From NCBI GenBank assembly GCA_036478295.1, contig JAZGDW010000186.1:1-22157 (forward strand): a DNA stretch of 22,157 nucleotides. The letters run 5' to 3'. Positions 8,718 through 15,792 of this stretch are shown here, piece by piece. The notes beneath the pieces are model-generated. The model worked only from the letters and a program-made list of their open reading frames with translations, was not told the DNA's origin and made no database searches. This stretch comes from Candidatus Krumholzibacteriia bacterium (lineage in GTDB: Bacteria > Krumholzibacteriota > Krumholzibacteriia > WVZY01). Positions within the stretch are counted from its first letter, which is position 1. Every line of letters starts with the position of its first letter. The translations under genes and the position numbers were made by a program.

Positions 8718-9365
8718 ATGTGGGCAATTTTCATCAAAGGCGGCGTGATCATGTTTCCGCTAGGCCTGTTGTCGATGCTCGGGCTCGCCGTCTTTATCGA
8801 GAAGCTGATCAACCTCCGGCAGTCCAAGGTCCTGCAGAGCGAGATCATTCATACCATCGAGCAGGTCCGCACACCCGCCGACATTCCGATGGCCATCCGC
8901 ACCTGCGAGCGGCACGATTCGCCGCTGGCGAACATCATCCGGGCGGGTCTCGAGGAGGCCGCGGCGCCAGTCGCGGAGGTGCGACAGGCGATGGAAGATA
9001 CCGGGCGCAGAGAAGTCAAGCGCCTGGAGCGTTATCTGGTGGCCCTGGAAACGGTGGCGGCGGCGAGTCCGCTGCTCGGTCTTCTGGGAACGGTTTTCGG
9101 GATGATCAAGGTGTTCTCGGTGATTAGTATCGCCGGCGTCGGGGAAGCCGGATTGTTGTCGGGCGGAATCGCCGAGGCGCTCATCACGACGGCGTTCGGC
9201 CTGTCCATCGGGATTCCGGCTCTCGTGGCCTACAACTTTCTTGATTCAAGGGTGGAGAATTTTGTCGTCAAGATAGAAGGGGTCGTACACTTGCTTCTCA
9301 AACAGATCACCGCCATGAAAGCGACGGGCGCGGGCAAGGTCAGGGACATCTCCGATGCAACTTAG
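8718..9365 (+). CDS. exbB: MotA/TolQ/ExbB proton channel protein
   Basis: Three TM segments, with motifs SPLLGLLGTVFGMIKVF and GGIAEALITTAFGLSIGIPALVAYN. ExbB versus TolQ cannot be separated from sequence alone. Confidence 0.9.
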   Translation: MWAIFIKGGVIMFPLGLLSMLGLAVFIEKLINLRQSKVLQSEIIHTIEQVRTPADIPMAIRTCERHDSPLANIIRAGLEEAAAPVAEVRQAMEDTGRREVKRLERYLVALETVAAASPLLGLLGTVFGMIKVFSVISIAGVGEAGLLSGGIAEALITTAFGLSIGIPALVAYNFLDSRVENFVVKIEGVVHLLLKQITAMKATGAGKVRDISDAT

Positions 9366-9756
9366 AACCAGGCACAAACGGTCGCTCGTTCTGAACGTCA
9401 CCTCGCTGATGGACGTCATGTTCCTGCTGTTGATCTTTTTCATGATATCGACCACGTTCCTCAGCACGCCAGCGATCAAGCTCGAACTGCCCAAGGCGAG
9501 CCACGCGGATCCTGTCCGCCAGCAGGCCGTGGTCATCTATGTCGATCCCCAGGGGTCGCTGTATCTGAACGATGAGCCGATCGACCTGGCCCTCCTCGGC
9601 GCCGCGCTGGGCGCACGGCTGGCACAGAGCGAAGACAAAGCAGTCGTGCTCAAGGCCGATTCGCGTGTGTCGCACGGCGACGTCGTCCGGGTGATGGACA
9701 TCGTGAAGGGTGCCGGCGCCCGGCGATTGGTGGTGTCGACCCAGCCGGACGAATAG
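9355..9756 (+). CDS. exbD: ExbD/TolR biopolymer transport protein
   Basis: LNVTSLMDVMFLLLIFFMI with the conserved TM Asp, LELPKA, and VVLKADSRVSHGDVVRVMDIVKGAG. Overlaps the exbB end. Confidence 0.92.
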   Translation: MQLRTRHKRSLVLNVTSLMDVMFLLLIFFMISTTFLSTPAIKLELPKASHADPVRQQAVVIYVDPQGSLYLNDEPIDLALLGAALGARLAQSEDKAVVLKADSRVSHGDVVRVMDIVKGAGARRLVVSTQPDE

Positions 9757-9797
9757 GCCCCATTGTGGGCGCTCCTGATCATGCCCCTGTGATCATC

Positions 9798-9825
9798 TTG
9801 ACTACCCCTCGGAACCTGTGATACT
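9798..9825 (+). promoter_or_regulatory. Putative sigma70 promoter
   Basis: TTGACT (9798-9803), 16-nt spacer ending TGT (extended -10), GATACT (9820-9825). Confidence 0.5.
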
Positions 9826-9868
9826 GAATAACGACCCCATTTCCGGATGTCTTGAAAAGGCTCGATTG

Positions 9869-11020
9869 ATGATGCTCCGCTGGTGCGTTCGTGTGTTGTT
9901 GGCCACGCTGGCCGTTACCGGTTGCTCGTCCGATCCCGACAGCCCGTTGGGAACGGATTTCGCCGACGGGGGCCTGATCGGCAGCGACCCCGGCACGGTC
10001 TTTCAGGACACCGTTACCATCACCTTTGGAGATTCTAATTTTGTGACGAGCGCGGTGCTGTCGGCCGCCAACAAGATCACCGTCGGGCGTTTGGGCGACA
10101 CCGAGACGGCAATGCTCCTGAGGTTCAATTTTTCCAACGCCACCGCCGAGGATAAGGCCAAACAAGTCACCGACGCGTTCTTGAGCCTTTCACCCGACGA
10201 TATGAGTGACAACGATTCGTTCAACGTCCAGTTCATTTCGATGCTCGACTCGCTGAGCAACACGTTGAGCGACACTCTGACGTCCCTCAATCTGGCGGCG
10301 ACCGCGATACCGGACCCCGGCAACTCGGGGGCGGTAGACCGCACGATGTCGGTCGGGAGCACCTTCTACCGGCTGGAGCCGGACTCGGTCGAAACGTGGA
10401 TCTTCAATGAAGGACACAACGGCATTGCCATAGTTCTGATGGACGCGACCACGGCAAAAGAGCTGTCGTGGAAGAGCAAGGAACAGGGTGCCGGGAAGCC
10501 GTTTCTCAGAGTGGTCTTTAACGACGCTACGGAGACACGCTACCAGATAGGGAATGACGGAACCTTCGTTACATTGCTCAACCCGTCATCGAACCTGAGA
10601 ATATCGGACGGGGTAAGGGGGCGCTTCTTTCTGCCAATCGACCTGAGCGGGTTCGACACGCGCTCGATCGTGCACGACGCGATACTGACTCTGAGCGTAC
10701 TTCCGGGGTCGTTTACCGTTGGTGATCAGTCGGTCCTGATCTATGCCCCGACGGAAACGTCGCTCGCTGCCAGCCGGAGACTCGCGGGTGCCGGATCCGT
10801 TGTTACGATAGATGGTACGCCAAAGACCGTTGTTCGATTCCGGGTACGCGAAGTCATAGAGGAGTTTATCGCGAGCCCGAGCACCAACCACGGTCTGGTC
10901 GTGCGCTTTACGCTCGAAAACAGCCAGATCCGTCAGGCGGAATTCTTCAACAGCACCGCCGCGCCGGGGTTGAAACCGTTTCTCAGTCTCACCCTCTCTG
11001 ATGCACCGACGTTTCCATGA
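9869..11020 (+). CDS. Lipoprotein with two tandem beta-sandwich (DNRLRE/DUF4270-like) domains
   Basis: AAAGG before ATG 9869. Lipoprotein signal MMLRWCVRVLLATLAVTG-C followed by SSDPDS. The two halves share motifs ending in KPFL. The family assignment is by resemblance only. Confidence 0.75.
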   Translation: MMLRWCVRVLLATLAVTGCSSDPDSPLGTDFADGGLIGSDPGTVFQDTVTITFGDSNFVTSAVLSAANKITVGRLGDTETAMLLRFNFSNATAEDKAKQVTDAFLSLSPDDMSDNDSFNVQFISMLDSLSNTLSDTLTSLNLAATAIPDPGNSGAVDRTMSVGSTFYRLEPDSVETWIFNEGHNGIAIVLMDATTAKELSWKSKEQGAGKPFLRVVFNDATETRYQIGNDGTFVTLLNPSSNLRISDGVRGRFFLPIDLSGFDTRSIVHDAILTLSVLPGSFTVGDQSVLIYAPTETSLAASRRLAGAGSVVTIDGTPKTVVRFRVREVIEEFIASPSTNHGLVVRFTLENSQIRQAEFFNSTAAPGLKPFLSLTLSDAPTFP

Positions 11021-11040
11021 TCAGGAATTGAATCGTTCGA

Positions 11041-12243
11041 ATGTTGCGGAAACCACGAATACTTCTCCTGTCGCTGATGCTGATGGCGTTGCCCGCCACA
11101 GCATGGGCGACGTCGCTTTTCAGCTTGAATTTTCTCGGGGAGAAACTCGAGGCCGGGGATGCCCGCTCGATTGCGCTCGGCGGCTCGACCCAGCTCCTGC
11201 AAGATTCGCTGGGCGTGCTGCTGCTGAACCCGGCGCTGTTGGCGCGGCTGCCCAGGGTCACGGTCGGCACCAGCCAGTTTCTCGCGATCGACGAAGGGCG
11301 TTCGACAGACTTCAGGGAGCAAGATATCTCGTTCACGTTCTCTTCGTTCCGTGCGGCGTTTCCGCTGACCTCCAACCTGACGTTTTCGATAGGGTTCCGG
11401 GGTCGCTATGACCCGGACGGCAGTATAGGCACGAAGGACTCCACCGCCGTGGGCGAGCCCTTTACGACGACCTTTTTCAGGTCCGGGGGACTTTTCTCCG
11501 TGCCGCTTACCGCATCGTTCAACGTCACGCGTTACGCGTCGGTCGGGCTCACGTTTTCGTTCGAGCAGGGATTCGTCGAAGACCGGTTCGAGATCGTGTT
11601 CGACAACAGAGCGATCACGGTAGGCGCCGGCCTCAAGAAGGAGGACCTGAGCGGCAACGGCTACGCGGCTGGCCTCGTGTTGTACCCCTTCGACAACTTG
11701 ATGATCGGGGCGATGTGGGAGAGCTCCATCGATTACGACACGGAAATACAGGAGCGCTTTACTCAGGAGGTTCTCGACACGTTCTATACGTCGACGGTGC
11801 GGCTGCCTTCGGGCACCAACTTCGGCGTGACTTGGAAGCCGGCCGGTTCTTTTCTGTTGGCGGGCAGTGCGGCCTTCAGGGATTTCGATGGCTTCGAGGG
11901 ACTGGAATTCCCGGTGGACCGGCTGGGCCGCGAAGAGAGCTACTCGTTCGGCGCTGAATACGGCCGCGGGGTGCCGATCAAGGGCCGTCGCTTTCCGCTG
12001 CGGCTGTCCTTCAACTACCAGAAACTGCCCTTCGACCATCCGCTGGGCCAGGACATCAAGAAGTTCCTGATCGGATTCGGCACGGGCATCAGCCTCAGCG
12101 GCGGCAGGGGCAAGATGGATCTGACCTTTCAGGCGGGCAAGATTGGATCGATCAGCGACAACGGTTTGGAGGACCGGATATTCCGCATCTACGTGGGTAT
12201 CAGCGGCAGTGAAGCCTGGACGCGGAAAAGAGAGGATTTCTAG
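11041..12243 (+). CDS. Outer-membrane beta-barrel protein, FadL/OmpP1/PorV-like
   Basis: Signal peptide (...LPATAWA), N-terminal plug motif GDARSIALGG...LNPALLARL, alternating amphipathic beta-strands, and a C-terminal Phe. Confidence 0.75.
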   Translation: MLRKPRILLLSLMLMALPATAWATSLFSLNFLGEKLEAGDARSIALGGSTQLLQDSLGVLLLNPALLARLPRVTVGTSQFLAIDEGRSTDFREQDISFTFSSFRAAFPLTSNLTFSIGFRGRYDPDGSIGTKDSTAVGEPFTTTFFRSGGLFSVPLTASFNVTRYASVGLTFSFEQGFVEDRFEIVFDNRAITVGAGLKKEDLSGNGYAAGLVLYPFDNLMIGAMWESSIDYDTEIQERFTQEVLDTFYTSTVRLPSGTNFGVTWKPAGSFLLAGSAAFRDFDGFEGLEFPVDRLGREESYSFGAEYGRGVPIKGRRFPLRLSFNYQKLPFDHPLGQDIKKFLIGFGTGISLSGGRGKMDLTFQAGKIGSISDNGLEDRIFRIYVGISGSEAWTRKREDF

Positions 12244-12375
12244 CCGCCGGCACGCGCGGCCCGGTACTCTGCCTGGCGTCTTGCCTATTGCAATTCCACG
12301 GTGCCTCCGGTATCCTCTGGATAGGTTCTGCAGCGCTCCGCAGGCCGGCGCAAGACCGGCTAGCGAAAGCGAACC

Positions 12376-12404
12376 TTGACAACCCCACACGCTAACATTA
12401 AGTT
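12376..12404 (+). promoter_or_regulatory. Putative sigma70 promoter for the TPR gene
   Basis: TTGACA (12376-12381), 17 nt, TAAGTT (12399-12404). A CATAAT also lies at 12406-12411. Confidence 0.5.
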
Positions 12405-12457
12405 TCATAATAGGTTGCCCACAAAGACGATATCTCGTCCCCGGGGGAATGAGTCCA

Positions 12458-13624
12458 ATGAAGAACAGGCATGTCACGGCTGCAGTTAGAGCGATGGCGC
12501 TCGTGTGCGGCGTGTTGCTGGGTGCCGCGCTGGCAAGCGCGGGTGCGAATGCAGAGCCGCAGGAGACAAAGGTCATAAAGACCACCACCGATTCAAGGGG
12601 GTTCGACAAGCGGCACACCGAAGTGGACCTGATGTACGAGACGGCGCGGCAGTTCATCGCCGCCGGGCAGCACGACAAGGCGGTGGTGGAGTTGGAGAAG
12701 GTCCTGAAGGCGGACGGCTCGCGTTTCGACGCCCTGCACGACCTCGGTACCTGCTACAAGCAACTGAAGCAGTTCGACAAGGCCTCCGCCGCCTACGAGC
12801 GCGCGGTGGCGCTCTACCCGGAGGATACTCGCCTGCTGGCAAACCTCGGTTACTACCAGCTCCTGGCCAAGGACTACGAGGCCGCGATGAAGACGTACGA
12901 GGGCATCCTCGACAAGGAACCGGAGAACTACGACGCCAGCGTTCGCATGGGGTTCCTCTATCAGGGCTACAAGAAATACGCGGAGGCGCTCACCTACTAC
13001 GCGAAGGCGCTGGAGCTCAAGAGCGACGACGTGCAGACCATGGGCTCGATGGCCAAGATCTACTTCGAGACCGGGGAAAACCAGAAGGGGCTCGAGATGT
13101 ACGAGCGCGCCATTCCGGTGGCGTCGGAGAAGGACGCGGCCAAACTCCGTTCGCAGCTCGGCAAGGCCTATATCGAAACCCGGCAGTTCGACAAGTCCGC
13201 GGTGGTGTTCGCCGATCTCGTGGCCGCCGAACCGGGAAAGGCGTCCTACCGTTTCAACCTCGGCGTGTCGCTGATGCAGGTGAAGCGCTATGCAGACGCC
13301 ATCCCAGAACTCGAGAAAGCGGCGGCGCTCAAACCGGATTTCTGCGCCACCTATCAACCGCTGGCGACTTCGTACGAGCAGACCAAGCAGTACCGCAAGG
13401 CCATCAGCATCGCCCGCCAGGGCTTGGAGGCCTGCGAGAGCGGTAAGAAGGCGGCTCTGTATTACGCGTGGGGGAAAGGGCTCGAGGGACTCGCCCGCCA
13501 CGACGAAGCCATTGAGAAATTTCGAATGGCCGTCAAAGATCCTCAATGGGGCACATCCGCCAAGAAACAGATTCAACGCCAGCAAGACCTGATCAAACGC
13601 GCGGCCGCTATGAAGAACAAGTAG
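12458..13624 (+). CDS. Exported tetratricopeptide repeat protein
   Basis: Signal peptide ending AGANA, followed by about 9 TPR units (e.g. ALHDLGTCYKQLKQFDKASAAYERAVALYP, YRFNLGVSLMQVKRYADAIPELEKAAALKP). GGGGGA spacing favours ATG 12458 over 12449. Confidence 0.9.
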   Translation: MKNRHVTAAVRAMALVCGVLLGAALASAGANAEPQETKVIKTTTDSRGFDKRHTEVDLMYETARQFIAAGQHDKAVVELEKVLKADGSRFDALHDLGTCYKQLKQFDKASAAYERAVALYPEDTRLLANLGYYQLLAKDYEAAMKTYEGILDKEPENYDASVRMGFLYQGYKKYAEALTYYAKALELKSDDVQTMGSMAKIYFETGENQKGLEMYERAIPVASEKDAAKLRSQLGKAYIETRQFDKSAVVFADLVAAEPGKASYRFNLGVSLMQVKRYADAIPELEKAAALKPDFCATYQPLATSYEQTKQYRKAISIARQGLEACESGKKAALYYAWGKGLEGLARHDEAIEKFRMAVKDPQWGTSAKKQIQRQQDLIKRAAAMKNK

Positions 13625-13646
13625 CAGCCGAAGACTCGAGCAAGAC

Positions 13647-13691
13647 AAACCCCTCTCCCTCGAGCGTCGCTTGGGGGAGAGGGTTTCTTTT
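13647..13691 (+). terminator. Rho-independent terminator
   Basis: 15-bp stem (13651-13665/13669-13683, two G-U pairs) CCCTCTCCCTCGAGC-GTC-GCTTGGGGGAGAGGG followed by TTTCTTTT, just after the TPR stop. Confidence 0.8.
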
Positions 13692-13727
13692 GGAATGAGT
13701 GAAGCAATGGATGGACGTTTCATTGAT

Positions 13728-14816
13728 ATGACAGTGGAGAGCGGCGGCGGACGCAGCGCGCTCGTTGCCATGAGCGGCGGCGTCGACAGTGCCGTCACCG
13801 CACTGTTCGTCAAGCGGGCGGGCTACCGCGTGGTGGGACTCACGATGAAGAACTACTGCTACGGCGACGCGGAAGTGCCCGAGCGCAGCTGCTGCTCGGT
13901 CGAAGCCGTTCAGGATGCCAGGCGCGAGTGCGACCGGCTGGACATCCCACACCGGGTCGCCGACGTAGAGGAATTCTTCACGCGCGAAGTTATCGACAAC
14001 TTCGTCGCCGAGTACAGCAACGGACGGACTCCCAACCCCTGCGTGCGCTGCAACGCCGTTGTGCGCTTTCGCACGCTGCTCGATACCGCCGACCGGCTTG
14101 GCATCGATTACGTGGCCACCGGTCACTACGCCCGGATTTTCAAAACGCCCGCGGGCGGGCGTTTTCTTGCGCGCGCGACCGACCGCACGAAGGATCAGTC
14201 GTATTTTCTCTCGGGTGTACACGGTGATACGCTGAAGCGAGTCCTGTTTCCGTTGGGCGACTACGACAAGCCGACGGTCAGGGAAGTCGCCCACGGAGCG
14301 GAGATGGCGGTTGCGGACAAGAAGGACAGCCAGGAAGTGTGCTTCGTGCCGCATAGAACCTTGAGATCGTTTCTCGCGTACAGCGAGGTGAAGCTCGCGC
14401 CCGGTCGAATCGAGAACATGGATGGCAGCGTCGTCGGACGCCACGAAGGGTTGGCCGCGTACACGGTGGGCCAGCGCCGCCACATCGGGCTATCGGCGCC
14501 GGAGCCCCGGTACGTGATCGCACTGGACAGGGAGCGAAACGTGCTGGTGGTCGGAGGCGTAGACGACCTGCTCGAGGACACGCTCACATGCAGGCTCGAA
14601 TGGGTGCATCCGTCCGTGGGGGAGAAGCCCGGCGGACTGACCGCCCAGATCCGCTACCGGCACGGCGGGGCGAAGGTAGCGGGGGTGAGCATTGATGGGC
14701 GGACCGCCCGCGTGTCGTTCGCGGAGCCCCAGCGGGCCATTTGCCCGGGTCAGACCGTCGTTCTGTACCGCGGCGACCTTGTGGTTGGCTGTGGAGTCAT
14801 CGATGGAGTCCCGTAA
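13728..14816 (+). CDS. mnmA: tRNA 2-thiouridine(34) synthase MnmA
   Basis: PP-loop AMSGGVDS, PNPCVRCN, ATGHYAR, KDQSYFL, KKDSQEVCF, YTVGQR, QIRYR and PGQ. The start may instead be 13695 or 13707. Confidence 0.96.
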   Translation: MTVESGGGRSALVAMSGGVDSAVTALFVKRAGYRVVGLTMKNYCYGDAEVPERSCCSVEAVQDARRECDRLDIPHRVADVEEFFTREVIDNFVAEYSNGRTPNPCVRCNAVVRFRTLLDTADRLGIDYVATGHYARIFKTPAGGRFLARATDRTKDQSYFLSGVHGDTLKRVLFPLGDYDKPTVREVAHGAEMAVADKKDSQEVCFVPHRTLRSFLAYSEVKLAPGRIENMDGSVVGRHEGLAAYTVGQRRHIGLSAPEPRYVIALDRERNVLVVGGVDDLLEDTLTCRLEWVHPSVGEKPGGLTAQIRYRHGGAKVAGVSIDGRTARVSFAEPQRAICPGQTVVLYRGDLVVGCGVIDGVP

Positions 14817-15792
14817 GACAAACCGGAGAGGGCGGCCGGAATTCAGGTCGCGCCGGTACTTTTGCATCGCGCTTTTCTGTGTATGCTTCCACCTGCTGTT
14901 GCCTGCGGTCTCGCAGGCCGAACCTCTGAAAATCCAGCTGGACGAGCTGCCTGTCACCGTCGAGTACCTCCCGGGCAATGACAAGGTTGCGGACAAGGTT
15001 GCCTTGATATGTCGCGATGGCATTGCCGAGATTGGCGCCGAGCTGGGTCTCACTGCGGTCGATACCTTTCGAATCATCTTGATCACGGACATGCAGGAAT
15101 TCCAGGCGCGGCACGGAATACGGCTGCCTTCCTGGGGGGTTGCGTTTGCGCTGATGGACAGCCAGGTTATGCTGGTCGACGTGCAGCGCGCTACCTCCGC
15201 GTGGAATGGGTTAGAAAAAGTGGTCGCGCACGAGCTGTCCCACTTGCTGGTGGCCCAGCGCGTGGGCGACGTGCAGATGCCCACCTGGTTCTTGGAGGGA
15301 CTCGCCATCTGGCAGGCGCGCGAGTGGTCGCTGCTGGAGAACTGGCGACTCATGGAAGCGGTGTGGGCGAAACGCGCGCCCCCGTTGGGGCGGATCGTCG
15401 GTTCGATGCCCGCCGCCGAAGGGCCTGCCCGCGATGCGTACCGGGTCGCGTACATGGCCTTCACCGAGCGCTTCGACGGCGAGATGGAGCTGCTGCCGCT
15501 GTTCCTGGATAGCGTGGTGCAGGGGGGCGACTTCTCCGCGGCCTTCGAGCGTTTTTGGGGGGAAGACGAGTATCTCTATTACGAGCGTTTCGATCGCGAG
15601 CTCTACCGGAAGTACCGGTCGAAGCTGCTATTTTTTCAAACCGGACCCCTGTTCAGTGTCGTTGCGGTATTGTTTCTCTTCGTCTTCCTGAGGATCAAGT
15701 GGAAGAACCACCGCACGCTCAAGCGTCTCGAGCAAGCCGAACGGGGTCAGACCCCGGGCCGCTGGGAGCGCTACGATGAGACGAGAAGATAA
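14803..15792 (+). CDS. Membrane-anchored gluzincin metallopeptidase (peptidase MA-like domain)
   Basis: GGAG before ATG 14803, overlapping the mnmA end. Signal peptide ends AVSQA. HELSH zinc motif followed by PTWFLEGLA. C-terminal TM helix LFSVVAVLFLFVFL followed by basic residues. Confidence 0.85.
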   Translation: MESRKTNRRGRPEFRSRRYFCIALFCVCFHLLLPAVSQAEPLKIQLDELPVTVEYLPGNDKVADKVALICRDGIAEIGAELGLTAVDTFRIILITDMQEFQARHGIRLPSWGVAFALMDSQVMLVDVQRATSAWNGLEKVVAHELSHLLVAQRVGDVQMPTWFLEGLAIWQAREWSLLENWRLMEAVWAKRAPPLGRIVGSMPAAEGPARDAYRVAYMAFTERFDGEMELLPLFLDSVVQGGDFSAAFERFWGEDEYLYYERFDRELYRKYRSKLLFFQTGPLFSVVAVLFLFVFLRIKWKNHRTLKRLEQAERGQTPGRWERYDETRR

